DNA of 63,995 bases, counting the filler, from a bacterium (lineage in GTDB: Bacteria > UBA9089 > CG2-30-40-21 > SBAY01), in NCBI GenBank assembly GCA_040757115.1. It is 8 parts of 8 records of this genome, joined end to end, with 100 filler letters (N's around TTAATTAATTAA, not from the genome) between each part and the next. Parts side by side here need not be neighbours in the genome. Positions count along the whole stretch, not along the records: positions 1 to 28,037 come from JBFLYA010000025.1; 7 more parts are not named here. One strand, given 5' to 3'. This document shows, in pieces, positions 9,344 through 19,966 of the stretch. Under the pieces are notes generated by a model that saw only the letters and a list, made by a program, of their open reading frames with translations, did not search any database and was not told the origin of the DNA. Every line of letters begins with the position of its first letter. Position 1 is the first letter of the stretch. The position numbers and the translations under genes are program-made.

Positions 9344-9907
9344 AGCAGGTCATAAGCCGAATTCTGTAACTATATGATACACATATAGTTTGGTAATCAT
9401 TTCTCTACGAAAAAAATTTATCTTTTTTTCTCCTGGCGACCTACCCGAAAAAAAGGTGGTATTTTTACCACTTTTAAGTGATAAATACCAAACTGTTAGC
9501 AGGCGACTAACAAGGCTAAAAAAATCCTCTTTTTTCCCTATTTGGTCTTGCACCAGGTGGGGTTTACCAGGCTAAGGAAGTCACCTTCCTTACTGGTGTG
9601 CTCTTACCACACCTTTTCACCCTTACCTGTACTCATTTTTAAAGAGCCATCGGCGGTATATTTTCTGTGGCACTTTCCGTAGGTTTTTACAACCCCCTGG
9701 GGATTACCCAGCACCCTGCCTTCTGGTGTTCGGACTTTCCTCTTCTGTTTATTGGTAATTGGTTAAATGGTAACTGGTTAAATAATTACGAGTTACCACT
9801 TACCAATTTTTAGATGCTGGATTCTAAGACATAAAACTCACCATATTTTTAGTTACTCAATACCTCGAATCCAGCATCTTTTTAGAAGCGATCACCTGAC
9901 CTACCTC
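9344..9907 (-). ncRNA. rnpB: RNase P RNA (type A), enlarged to ~560 nt
   Basis: Minus strand has GTAGGTCAGGTGATCGC (5' P1/P2), GAGGAAAGTCCG, GGAAAGTGCCACAGAAAA, AGGGTGAAAAGGTGTGGTAAGAGCACACC, GGTAAACCCCACCTGGTGCAAG and ACAGAATTCGGCTTATGACCTGC (3' P4/P1). Confidence 0.97.
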
Positions 9908-9912
9908 TTTAT

Positions 9913-9941
9913 ATTATACCATAAATTTACTCAAAAGTCAA
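9913..9941 (-). promoter_or_regulatory. Sigma70 promoter of rnpB
   Basis: TTGACT-17 bp-TATAAT with TG extension, ending 6 nt before the RNA 5' end. Confidence 0.85.
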
Positions 9942-9944
9942 TGG

Positions 9945-10211
9945 GGAGACAGAAGGCAGAGGGCAGAAGACAGAAGGCAGAGGGCAGAGGGCAGAAGGCA
10001 GAGAGCAGAGGGCAGAACAGAAACGGGGAAACGGAGAATAGGAGAAAAAGAAAAAATCCGAATGGTCCGAATGGGTCCAAATAGTCCGAATAGTCCGAAC
10101 TCAGAATGTTCCGAAAAAAAGAAACGGAGAATAGGAGAAAGAAGAATCAAAAAATATTCTCCCTTTCCCCCCTTCTCCGTTTCCCCGTTTCTCCCCTATC
10201 TGACCTCTGTC
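9945..10211. repeat. Short-period (7/8/9-mer) tandem and inverted repeat tract
   Basis: (CAGAAGG/CAGAGGG)n, AAACGGAG..., ATGGTCCGA/ATAGTCCGA units with mirrored partners. Confidence 0.8.
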
Positions 10212-13200
10212 CTATTTAATTACACCAATCTTACCCTTCTTGACCGGGCTGACTTTGTCATTAAGAAGGAATATGTAGATACCTGAGGCAACTTCATTTT
10301 TATCTTTATTCTTCAAATCCCAGGTAATCTCATTCTGATTTTTCACCTCTCCTTCATAGACTAATTCACCGGCAATATTGAATATCTTCAAATTAACGGT
10401 TCGGTTATTTGGAATGTTAGTAAAGTGAACTGTATCGCCTTTATGTGCAGGATTGGGATAGGCAATCACTGACTCTAAATTCTCATATAGCCTCGGCACT
10501 GTAATAGTTACCTCATCATCTACAACATCAGGGAGTATAATCTCAGGCTTCTGCTCCTCATTTATCCACTGTTCAACAAATATTGTCTTGCGATTGTCGT
10601 CTTCATCATAGTCAAATTCAATCGTAGAATATCCACCACCTTTGATTACCTTAAATGGAATAGTTGCCAGTAGCCCGCTGTCCTGCTCGGTTTCAGGACT
10701 CCATAACAAGAGGGTATAATCAATCAACCCTTGTGTATTATCCACATTGTATATCACTACCTTATCTGCTTGTTGAGAGAACTCGCCTGGGATAACGCCA
10801 ATAACCTGTAATATCTCAGAATTAAATCCTAAGTGCATCTCACCTCCAAAGTAATTTTTCGCATCATTTATGAACACCTTAAGCTTGATAATATCGCCGA
10901 GTCTGAGGTCGTTTATATCTACATCATCCACCGCTTCAATCTCAAATGATAGAGTAATCCTTTCCGCGGTCATCCTTTTTTCCTTCATTGCCGCCATAGC
11001 AGGACTTCTCATTCTCCCCGCCTGGGTTCTACCATAGTTATAGTAATAGACCGGAAAATCCTTCACATTAACATAAGTATCGTGGTCAAAATCGCCTTCT
11101 CTATAGATTGTCCACCAGTCAGGGTCTCCTTGTGCCTCATATTTACCACAGGCATTAACAAAGTAAGGCCAATCTAAAGAATTCACCAAACCATCATTAG
11201 TTATATCTCCACTTAATAATGTTTTTGTGCCAATGTCCGTAGTATCATTAATTTGTGTTGGGCTAATGCAGGTACCAGTCACCGTTAATGGTGAAGCACC
11301 ATAGGTATCAAAATATAAGGTATATGTGCCAACATTGATGTTATTAAGGATAAAGTAACCTTGAGGATTAGTCGTAGTGCTCGTGCCCAGTTCGGTAATT
11401 GTTATAGTAACTCCTTGTGTCCCAAGGAGGGTTGAAGTGCCCTGGTCAAGCAGACAAAAGCCTGCAATATTCCCAAATCGACGCAAGGAATGGGCAGTAA
11501 ATTGACACGGCGAACCGGTTAGTCCGGTTGATGTAGCATTAACCGTATATGTTCCTGGTGGTTCTGTGCCTAAGGTAAGCCAGCCTTCAGCCCTCCCGGC
11601 AGAAGTAGTTAAAGTCTGGGTCGGTAAGATTGAGTAACCTGATGCACCAGATGGAACAGAAGTAATCATCCAGCCTACTTGCACATCCGGACAGGGATTA
11701 CTATAGGTATCGATTACCTTAACCACGAATGGATTGGGTAAGGTTGTGGTGCAGGTTCCAATCTGATTATCACCAGAAACTTTGACCAGTTGTGTAGGCG
11801 TGCCAGGGGTAATAATTACCAAGGTAGTGGCAATGGCACCAAGGTATGTGGCGGTAATAGTATGTGTGCCAATGAAGTATGGAAAGAAACTATTAAGGGT
11901 AAATGAGCCTCCACCAGAAACCGTGAATGTCGTTGACCCGGTTACAGTTATAGTTGCCTCTGCACATACGGCATAACAATTATACACTGTTGGCACCCCA
12001 GCACGCACAACCGCATTCTGTGGTTCCACATAAAGAGAACCAATGATATAATAATTCCCACTCTCTTTCCGACAGGGTATCTCGTGAACATCTACATCTA
12101 TCAGTATGGTATTGCGGTTATGCAAGGTATCCGAATCAAACACTACCGATGAACTCCCACTTGCCTTTGCACGGAACTTCACGGTGCAAAGTGTTCCTGA
12201 ACCTGTAACAGAATCTGTTGCTATCCCAACAGCATAATCTATCGTTCCCGTCCCATTCTCAAATTTCTTTATCATCACCAGAGGATTAGGGATAAATGTT
12301 CCCGTCCCCATCTCTACTACCTCAAGGATAGCAGGATTAAAACTAAGATATGTCCCTGCAGTAATCAAGCGATTAACATTTACTACCTCGATATTGACGG
12401 TAAATTCCTGGTTTAAGGCAACATTCTGAGATGCCGGGATAATCCTTAAGATGGTTCTTGAGAAAATGTTAAATCTTGCCATTACCCAAATCGCCAGTCT
12501 ATCGTCAAACGCAATTATAGTTGTTGTTCCCAGTGGCTGAGTATTTACCGTAAAGACACATTGGAAAACACCCATAGCATTACTCGTTCCTATAGCAATT
12601 GTCCGTGTGGTGCCAAAGGCAATTCGGATACAACTACTTGCCCCAAAACCATTACCCATTACCGTAACCTTAGAACCTATAGTGCCAGAAGTAGGGGTGA
12701 CAAAGATTATATTTGGTAGGATAGTGAATCTCTCAGAAACTCTCTCTTGAGTTATCAGCCCTATAACACTAATGGTGGTATTTCCGAAAGGTTGGGTATT
12801 GACAATAAAGGTAGTGTTAAAATTACCATTCCCAGTTGTGGAGGCAGTTGTAAGCGAGACTACGCTTCCAAAACTTATCATTATCATTTCTGTTGCCCCA
12901 AATCCATTTCCTATGACGGTGACACTTGAACCTACAGTGCCTGCAATCGGACTTATAATAATACTTCCCCTGATAAAGAACAAGCTCATGGATTGTAGTC
13001 CTGATGTTAATCCATAACAGCCAATACTGGTAGTGCCGTGAGGTTGGATATCTACAGTAAAGAGTGCACTAAAAGTGCCCGAGGAATTAGAAAAAACAGT
13101 ACAAATACTACGGGTCCGCCCAAAATCAATTCTAACTAATTCTAACGCCCCGTAGCCATTTCCCCAAATAGTTACCCTCGTTCCAACTGAACCAATGTAC

Positions 13201-14672
13201 GGTGAAATACAGATAATACTTGACACAATACGAAATGTCCCAAATGCGCTCCCACCAGTAGAAAGTCCAGAAGCACGGATGGTAGTCGTGCCATAAGGCT
13301 GAGTATCTACAGTAAATGTAGTAGCAAAGGTCCCTTGAAGAGTAGCAGGGATGGATGTAATCATCAGTGTAGTCCCAAAGTCGATACGGACATCTTCATT
13401 TCCCCCAAATCCATTACCCCATACAGTAACTATACTTCCTACTGTGCCTGTTGTAGGCATGACCATAGTAATCTTTGGAAGGATATTGAAGGAAGTTGAT
13501 GCACTTATGCCTGAGGTTAATCCGGTAGCCATAACTGTAGTAGTTCCATAAGGTTGGGTATCTGAAGTAAAGGTGCAAGAGAATGTTCCTCCCGAAGAAG
13601 AAGTAATAGTTGTAATTGTTATTTTATTTCCAAAATCAATTCTAATTAATTCTGTGGGGCCAAAATCTGTGCCTGTCAGTGTCACTATGCTTCCTACAGC
13701 ACCAGAAGAAGGATTGATTATTATTTGAGATATACCTGTAATAATTCCAACATTACCATCTTCCCCGTTTAGCCTACCAAAACCTTTAACACCCTTCTCT
13801 ACAGTTAATATTGCTTCTTGCCCTTTTAAAACAGAGGAGGCACATATCTTTATCCGTCCACCTCCACCTCCACCTCCACCTGATGCGGGATCCCACGCAT
13901 TACCTCCTTTTCCACCATTAGCAGTAAGTACTCCGTTTATTGTCACCATTCCAGTGAGGCTTTTGATAAGGATGCCACCTCCACTTCCACCTCCCCCTCC
14001 CCCACTCCGTTGTGAACTTCCTCCATTCTCTCCTTTTCCATCCTCTCCATTCTGTCCATCCATTTTGATAGCTCCTTCTATAGTTATATTATTTTGAGCA
14101 ATTAGGATAAGAGCTCCACCTCCATCTCCACCATTTCCACCTGAATCCCAAATATTAGCAGAGCCACCACCACCACCACCACCAGAACCTATCAACACCT
14201 CATTTTTTAAATCGTAACTATCTCCACCAATTCCATTTCCATGTGAAAAATTTCCACCATTTCCTCCTTTCCCACCATAACCTGCTCCTGCTCCTCCTCC
14301 TGCTGATCCATTTCCCATTCCGCCACCAGTCCCTTCACCATCTGCTCCTCTTCCATTTTGAGGCGGTCCTCCTATCCCTCCATAATACCCACTCCCGCTT
14401 CCAGTTATTGTTCCATGAATCTCAATAGTATTAGCTATAACTGAGACACTTCCATAATTATTTCCATCATAATCTTTAATATGAACTGTTACCCCTGATA
14501 GTACGGTAAATATATTAACATTAGTATGCACACCTGCAATTTCAGTATTTGCATTAATGATCCAATCTGCTCCTCCATGATCTCCTCCCTCAATATTATT
14601 CCACGCAAATCCTTTTCCAATTCCTCCAATTATTCCTATAACAACCAAACCTAAAAAAATTATCTTTTTCAT
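10212..14672 (-). CDS. Large secreted multidomain protein: Gly-rich N-domain, IPT-like repeats, cohesin, Ig-like, dockerin-like, second cohesin, FlgD/T9SS-like CTD
   Basis: Signal peptide; GSGGGGG tracts; FTVNIEV...LSFNPAILEV...GSGTLCTVKF (cohesin); GDITNDGLVNSLDW/GDFDHDTYVNVKDF (dockerin EF-hand pair); AYPNP...VASGIYIF...GKIGVIK tail. Confidence 0.85.
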   Translation of the reverse strand: MKKIIFLGLVVIGIIGGIGKGFAWNNIEGGDHGGADWIINANTEIAGVHTNVNIFTVLSGVTVHIKDYDGNNYGSVSVIANTIEIHGTITGSGSGYYGGIGGPPQNGRGADGEGTGGGMGNGSAGGGAGAGYGGKGGNGGNFSHGNGIGGDSYDLKNEVLIGSGGGGGGGSANIWDSGGNGGDGGGALILIAQNNITIEGAIKMDGQNGEDGKGENGGSSQRSGGGGGGSGGGILIKSLTGMVTINGVLTANGGKGGNAWDPASGGGGGGGGRIKICASSVLKGQEAILTVEKGVKGFGRLNGEDGNVGIITGISQIIINPSSGAVGSIVTLTGTDFGPTELIRIDFGNKITITTITSSSGGTFSCTFTSDTQPYGTTTVMATGLTSGISASTSFNILPKITMVMPTTGTVGSIVTVWGNGFGGNEDVRIDFGTTLMITSIPATLQGTFATTFTVDTQPYGTTTIRASGLSTGGSAFGTFRIVSSIICISPYIGSVGTRVTIWGNGYGALELVRIDFGRTRSICTVFSNSSGTFSALFTVDIQPHGTTSIGCYGLTSGLQSMSLFFIRGSIIISPIAGTVGSSVTVIGNGFGATEMIMISFGSVVSLTTASTTGNGNFNTTFIVNTQPFGNTTISVIGLITQERVSERFTILPNIIFVTPTSGTIGSKVTVMGNGFGASSCIRIAFGTTRTIAIGTSNAMGVFQCVFTVNTQPLGTTTIIAFDDRLAIWVMARFNIFSRTILRIIPASQNVALNQEFTVNIEVVNVNRLITAGTYLSFNPAILEVVEMGTGTFIPNPLVMIKKFENGTGTIDYAVGIATDSVTGSGTLCTVKFRAKASGSSSVVFDSDTLHNRNTILIDVDVHEIPCRKESGNYYIIGSLYVEPQNAVVRAGVPTVYNCYAVCAEATITVTGSTTFTVSGGGSFTLNSFFPYFIGTHTITATYLGAIATTLVIITPGTPTQLVKVSGDNQIGTCTTTLPNPFVVKVIDTYSNPCPDVQVGWMITSVPSGASGYSILPTQTLTTSAGRAEGWLTLGTEPPGTYTVNATSTGLTGSPCQFTAHSLRRFGNIAGFCLLDQGTSTLLGTQGVTITITELGTSTTTNPQGYFILNNINVGTYTLYFDTYGASPLTVTGTCISPTQINDTTDIGTKTLLSGDITNDGLVNSLDWPYFVNACGKYEAQGDPDWWTIYREGDFDHDTYVNVKDFPVYYYNYGRTQAGRMRSPAMAAMKEKRMTAERITLSFEIEAVDDVDINDLRLGDIIKLKVFINDAKNYFGGEMHLGFNSEILQVIGVIPGEFSQQADKVVIYNVDNTQGLIDYTLLLWSPETEQDSGLLATIPFKVIKGGGYSTIEFDYDEDDNRKTIFVEQWINEEQKPEIILPDVVDDEVTITVPRLYENLESVIAYPNPAHKGDTVHFTNIPNNRTVNLKIFNIAGELVYEGEVKNQNEITWDLKNKDKNEVASGIYIFLLNDKVSPVKKGKIGVIK

Positions 14673-14717
14673 TTTTTTTAAACCTCCTTTTTCTAATTAA
14701 AAAAATGTTATAAATCT

Positions 14718-16592
14718 TTAAGGTAAATCTTTGGAAATTAATTTTAATTCTATTTTATACTCCCCTTTTTCTTTCTTCCACATCTTCCCATTATCCATGG
14801 AAAAGTAAGATCTACCATAATTATAGCAGGCATCAATGGGGATATTTATATATCCGTTATCTTTGACCTGTAGAGTAATCGTATTTACTCCTTTTTTCAA
14901 GATAGAAGCATTTATAGGCCCTAAACTTACCTGCCCTACTATTCCACGCACTGCTTCATAAAGCGATTTAAACTCTAAAATAGGAAGAGCGTGGTCATTA
15001 AAGGTTGTCATCAACCTTCCCTCTTGACCGCAATTATAAGTAAGATTTAGATAAACAGCCTTTACCTTTGAAAGATCTGTAGTTATAATAATCTCTTTTT
15101 TTATCATCTTTTTATCAGAATCTATGGCAAATCCTCGATTATCCCGATTGCTGTTATCGGTAACAACAACCCCTCCTTCAACCGGTTGTATCTGTCCATA
15201 AGGATGTTTAATCATATGAATCTGGTCTATAATTGCCTGACTATAGACTGCGGTCGAAAATATCCCTACTATGATTAAAGAAAGTAATAGTTGTTGATAC
15301 TTCCGAAGATAAAATTTCTTATATCCCCACCATAAAGTAAAAGCACTGAAGATAATTAATGGAGGTAATACCGGCGGACGATACCTCCCTACTACAAGAA
15401 CAAGTATGACTGAAAAACTATAAATAATAATGAACAGAGGTAAAAGCAATAGTCTCTTAAAATCTTTTATTGATAACATAATTCCTGTCAGCCCAAGAAT
15501 GGCAATCAAAGAGAAATCGGGTAAAATATTCAAAATAGATGCATATTTTTTAGTATCATCATAACCTACCTGATGAGGTATATCCCAATTACCCCAAAAC
15601 AATAAAAACTTCTTGCCTAACAATTTTATATATCCCAATGGTTTTTCTCTCATAAACCTTAAGATATCTTCCATATAGAGGTTACCTATGTCTTTATTTT
15701 CTTTCATTGCTTTCTCTTCAAGTTGTCCCAGATAAGGCTGGCATAGATCTTCCCATCCCGGAGCATGTTCATTATTACCCTTCCACAGATTGAAAGGAGC
15801 TGAAGTTGTCAAAAGGATAAATTTTCCACTACTAAGATAATTTTTTACCGTTACAGGGGAAATGGTTAGCATCACCACAATTAAAAATCCTCCACTTGCC
15901 CAAATTGCCTTTTTTTTATCAACTGGTAAAACAAAGAATAACCACAGTAATACAAAAGGCAAAAAGAGGATTGTATTTGGTTGGGAAAGACACGCAAGCC
16001 CAAGAAAAATACCAGCTATTATTAAATCCCTCTTATTAAATCTATCCTTCAACCGAATAAGAAAATATAACGAAGCAATTGATAAAAAAGTACTTATGTT
16101 TGTAGATAAAAGCACACTGCTATAAAAAATTAATGTCCCACATATTCCTCCCAGTATCAAGCCAATTAACCCTACCTGGTAATTAAATAGCCGCTTACTC
16201 GTAAGATAAATCAATATGCATGTTCCAACATCTAATAAAACCTGGAGTATTCGAACCCCAAATAAGCTATAGTTGGTAAACCATAATGAGAAAGCAAACC
16301 AGTAATAATATAATGGGTTGTAATAAAAGGCACCTTTGAGAGATTCCCCCGCTAAAATCTCTCTTGCCGCCTCCCAATACATATATTGGTCTGTGCCAGG
16401 TAAAGGATGGTAAAATAATGGGTCATTTTTAGATAATTGAAGAAGATAGATTAAGCGTAAAATAAAGATTCCACCTACAATACATAAAATTAGCTGTCTC
16501 TGTTTGGTAAGTGTAAATATTTCAAGAAAAAGATATTTTCCTCTCTTGTTTGAATGATCATTTTTTACACTTTTACTTTTTTTCTTCTTCAC
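14718..16592 (-). CDS. GT-C fold glycosyltransferase family 39 (PMT/ArnT-like) membrane protein
   Basis: Many TM segments; D..Y..A...YYNPLY motif, LACLSQPN, RYRPP. Confidence 0.8.
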   Translation of the reverse strand: MKKKKSKSVKNDHSNKRGKYLFLEIFTLTKQRQLILCIVGGIFILRLIYLLQLSKNDPLFYHPLPGTDQYMYWEAAREILAGESLKGAFYYNPLYYYWFAFSLWFTNYSLFGVRILQVLLDVGTCILIYLTSKRLFNYQVGLIGLILGGICGTLIFYSSVLLSTNISTFLSIASLYFLIRLKDRFNKRDLIIAGIFLGLACLSQPNTILFLPFVLLWLFFVLPVDKKKAIWASGGFLIVVMLTISPVTVKNYLSSGKFILLTTSAPFNLWKGNNEHAPGWEDLCQPYLGQLEEKAMKENKDIGNLYMEDILRFMREKPLGYIKLLGKKFLLFWGNWDIPHQVGYDDTKKYASILNILPDFSLIAILGLTGIMLSIKDFKRLLLLPLFIIIYSFSVILVLVVGRYRPPVLPPLIIFSAFTLWWGYKKFYLRKYQQLLLSLIIVGIFSTAVYSQAIIDQIHMIKHPYGQIQPVEGGVVVTDNSNRDNRGFAIDSDKKMIKKEIIITTDLSKVKAVYLNLTYNCGQEGRLMTTFNDHALPILEFKSLYEAVRGIVGQVSLGPINASILKKGVNTITLQVKDNGYINIPIDACYNYGRSYFSMDNGKMWKKEKGEYKIELKLISKDLP

Positions 16593-16639
16593 TTACTCTT
16601 TCTCCTATGAGTAAGAATTAAAGGGATATATTTTGTCCT

Positions 16640-17560
16640 CTAAAACTTTGTTACTAATGATACCCGATGCGTATTATCCAGATCACCATAATCACAATAG
16701 GCATAATCAAGTCCTATGCCTGTGCCTGGTAATCTAAATCCTGCTCCAAAGGTTAAATCTGATGATTTTAATTCATCTTTAGTTAGTGTTTTATACCCTG
16801 CTCGAAGTGCGGCCATCTCTTTGAACCAGTACTCTGCTCCAAGGTTAAAATTCGTATCATTGTCTGAAGGAAAATTAACATCCAGACTCAATGTCAACGC
16901 CTTGTCTAACAATTTATATGCCCCACCAACCTTAATATTCAACGGCAGTGCATCTTTCTCACTGATAAATGCCTTTAGTTTAGGACCAAGATTTTGGATG
17001 TTTGCTCCAAAGGTAAGATTTTCTATAGTAGGTTTGTATAAACAACCGATATCTAAAGCGATACCGGTAGATTTTTCATTATCTATCTTCATCTGAATAT
17101 ACTTTAAACTCACACCTAAATTACAATTATCCTGAAGTTTTTTGGCATAAGAAAGGGTCAGGGCAATATCCTTAGCGTCATAATCACCTATCTTCCCATT
17201 TTGATCTATAGTTCTATCAATACTACCTGAATCTAAGAGTGTCAAACCACCACCCATAATCCCACCCATAATTTGTTGTGGATGGATGTAGGCAAGATAA
17301 TTGTAGGTAATTTCTTCTAACCAATCTGCATACATAAAGGTCGCCTGTCTGTTTTTGACATCAGCGATACCTGCGGGGTTCCAATACAGGGCATTAATAT
17401 CATCCGCAATAGCGACAAAGGTTTCGCCCATACCAATTGGTCTTGCTCCCTGACTCAATTTCAAAAATACCGCCCCTTTTTCTCCTGGTGTCTTTGACAA
17501 ACAATAATCCGCTGAAAAAAACATAACTCCTATGACTATTAAACTTATTATCCTTTTCAT
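16640..17560 (-). CDS. PorV/PorQ-family (UPF0164-like) outer-membrane beta-barrel
   Basis: FLKLSQGARPIGMGETFVAIADDINALYWNPAG N-terminal motif; C-terminal DYAY..YGDL.NTHRVSL..KF. Confidence 0.85.
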   Translation of the reverse strand: MKRIISLIVIGVMFFSADYCLSKTPGEKGAVFLKLSQGARPIGMGETFVAIADDINALYWNPAGIADVKNRQATFMYADWLEEITYNYLAYIHPQQIMGGIMGGGLTLLDSGSIDRTIDQNGKIGDYDAKDIALTLSYAKKLQDNCNLGVSLKYIQMKIDNEKSTGIALDIGCLYKPTIENLTFGANIQNLGPKLKAFISEKDALPLNIKVGGAYKLLDKALTLSLDVNFPSDNDTNFNLGAEYWFKEMAALRAGYKTLTKDELKSSDLTFGAGFRLPGTGIGLDYAYCDYGDLDNTHRVSLVTKF

Positions 17561-18097
17561 TTTTTCGCCCTCCTTTTGCCTTTGGTAAAAGATATATAAG
17601 TTTTAAACTTAACTTCTATTATAACACATATTTTCCAATTTGTCAATACCTCATTTATAAAAATTCAGTTCTGAGTGTATAGGATCAGACCTCGAAAGCA
17701 GAATTATATCTTCTACCTTCTTTTTGTAAACGGATTAAACAGATTTTTTTTAGTAAGCGAATTAAGCGGATTGAGCGGATTTTTTTATTTCTTTTTCCGC
17801 TAAATCCGTTAAATCTGCTTACTAAATAGGAAATTTCCACCCCCCTAACCCCCGCCAGCGGGGGACAACCGATATCTTCAGGTCTTATAATTCCTGTCAC
17901 CTCCCCTAACCGCCGCCAGCAGGGGACAACTCGCCTCTGCTCTCTGCCTTCTGTCCTCTGCCTTCTATCTTCTGACCTCTGTATTTATCCGTGCTAATCC
18001 GTGTTAATCAGCGGCTGAATAGTTATCTTTACTTTTTGTCTTTTGTATTACACCAGGCACATTTTAACTTATTAACTCCATAAACTCTATTAACTTC

Positions 18098-19129
18098 CTA
18101 ACTTCTCTCCACATACCATTTTTTCGTAAATTCTTGATATTCTTTGCTTTTTTCCTTTATATTCCGCCACCAGGATTCATTGTTAATATACCAATCTATG
18201 GTTTGTTTTATGCCTTCCCGGAAACTAACCGTTGGATGCCAACCAAATATTTTTTTTATCTTACTGGTATTAACGGCATGACGCATAACATGACCGGGGC
18301 GGTCTGTGACAAATTGCATCAAAGATTCATTTTTTCCTACGATTTGTAAAATTGTTTTACCTATTTGTAAAATATTAAACTCCTCCCCGCCTCCAATATT
18401 AAATACCTCACCATCCTGACCTGCGGTATGAAGTAATAAATCTAAGGCTTCACAATGGTCAAGCACATATATCCAATCACGAGTATTTATACCACTTCCA
18501 TAAACAGGCAATGGTTTATTTTCTAATGCATTGGAAATGAATAAAGGGATGAGTTTTTCGGGGTATTGATATGGACCATAATTGTTGCTACAACGAGAGA
18601 TGACAACCGGAAGTTTATAGTTTGTGTAATAAGAATATGCTAATCTATCAGCCCCGGCTTTACTTGCCGCATAAGGAGATTTAGGCATTAAAGGGTCTGT
18701 TTCTAAGGAAGGCCTGCCCTCTCCGTTAGGGGATTTTGCTTCACCATAAACCTCGTCTGTAGAAATATGTAAAAATCTTTTAATATTATGCTTTTTAGCA
18801 GATTCAAGCAATATATATGTCCCATAAACATTTGTCTGAATAAAGGTTCCTGCCTCTAAGATTGACCTATCGACATGGGTTTCAGCGGCAAAATGAACGA
18901 CCGCATCAGTATCTTTCATTAAACTATCCACTATCTCTTTATCACAAATATTTCCCTGATGAAAAGCAAATTTTGGATTTTGAAATATATCCTGTTCAAA
19001 ATTATCCAGATTTCCCGCATAAGTCAGAGCATCTAAAACCGTTACTTGATAATCAGAATACTTTTTCAGGATATACTTGACAAAGTTACTGCCAATAAAT
19101 CCCGCGCCACCTGTAATTAATAACCGCAT
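18098..19129 (-). CDS. rfbB: dTDP-glucose 4,6-dehydratase
   Basis: GGAGFIGSNF, HFAAETHVDRSI, STDEVYG, YAASK, NNYGPYQYPEKLIP. Confidence 0.95.
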   Translation of the reverse strand: MRLLITGGAGFIGSNFVKYILKKYSDYQVTVLDALTYAGNLDNFEQDIFQNPKFAFHQGNICDKEIVDSLMKDTDAVVHFAAETHVDRSILEAGTFIQTNVYGTYILLESAKKHNIKRFLHISTDEVYGEAKSPNGEGRPSLETDPLMPKSPYAASKAGADRLAYSYYTNYKLPVVISRCSNNYGPYQYPEKLIPLFISNALENKPLPVYGSGINTRDWIYVLDHCEALDLLLHTAGQDGEVFNIGGGEEFNILQIGKTILQIVGKNESLMQFVTDRPGHVMRHAVNTSKIKKIFGWHPTVSFREGIKQTIDWYINNESWWRNIKEKSKEYQEFTKKWYVERS

Positions 19130-19150
19130 TTTTTAGCACCTCCATTTTTA

Positions 19151-19572
19151 GTAAGCGTTCAGGGTGTCCGTAAGGAAAAATGGAAAAGTAGGGAAAAAGG
19201 GGAAAAATATTAAAGAATTTCATTTCAAATTTTTGGAGTCCTCAATTCCTGGTAACCGTTCACCGCACAGACACAAAGACACAGAGAAAAACACACCCCT
19301 AACCCCTCTCAAAAGGGGAAAATCTATGGACAATACGCAACAATTCCCTCTCTGATTTTCATCAGGGCAAACTCTTGAGTTCAGCAACATTAAACTTGCC
19401 CTGATGAAAATCAGGGATGGATTAACAAATCTGGCTTGCCTGTTAAACATTCGGCACGCAGGTCATATGTCTTTCAATAGCTGCACCAATAATCTTTTCT
19501 GTTATCTGATTTATTTCCATATCTTCTCTGTTCCTCTGCGTCTCTGCGGTAAATTACCCCCTGAACGGTTAC
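19151..19572. mobile_element. Composite of IS66-type-end MITEs carrying a GxxExxY gene 5' remnant
   Basis: GTAAGCGTTCAG (19151), GTAACCGTTCAC (19252), CTGAACGGTTAC (19561-19572). Minus-strand MEINQITEKIIGAAIERH from ATG 19520. Confidence 0.75.
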
Positions 19573-19945
19573 GGATTTAGATTTGAATTCCTCGACAAAT
19601 GAATTACACCATCTTTGACTAAATTATCTCCGAGATACATCACAAAAGGTTCATCCTTTATAAAATCCTGGCTTATTTTCACCGCATGAGCTAAACCTAA
19701 TGGTGCCTCCTGTTCAATATAGGTAATCTTTACTCCCCATTTAGTTCCATCCTGACAGGCAGATTTAATCTCTTCTTTAGTGTCCCCAACAATTATTCCG
19801 ATATCAGTAATTTGTGCAGATTTTAAAGCCTCTATGCCATAAATAGGACAGGTTTATTGGCAACAGGAATAAGTTGCTTAGCCGAGGTATGGGTAATAGG
19901 TTGCAATCTTGTTCCTGCTCCGCCACTTAAAATCAATCCTTTCAT
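19573..19945 (-). pseudogene. rfbA: Glucose-1-phosphate thymidylyltransferase, two frameshifts and 3' truncated at a MITE end
   Basis: [35 protein letters not shown] / GIEALK...YIEQEAPLGLAHAV...MYLGDNL / FVEEFK; ends at the TIR. Confidence 0.85.
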
Positions 19946-19966
19946 TTCTAATCCTTCTTTACTTTT

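Noticed and set aside
9350-10286. Short ORFs over rnpB and repeat tracts (also 3686-4034, 17685-17900, 19164-19450, 50301-50674, 63713-63931)
   Set aside because: They overlap an RNA gene or derive from low-complexity MITE or heptamer sequence
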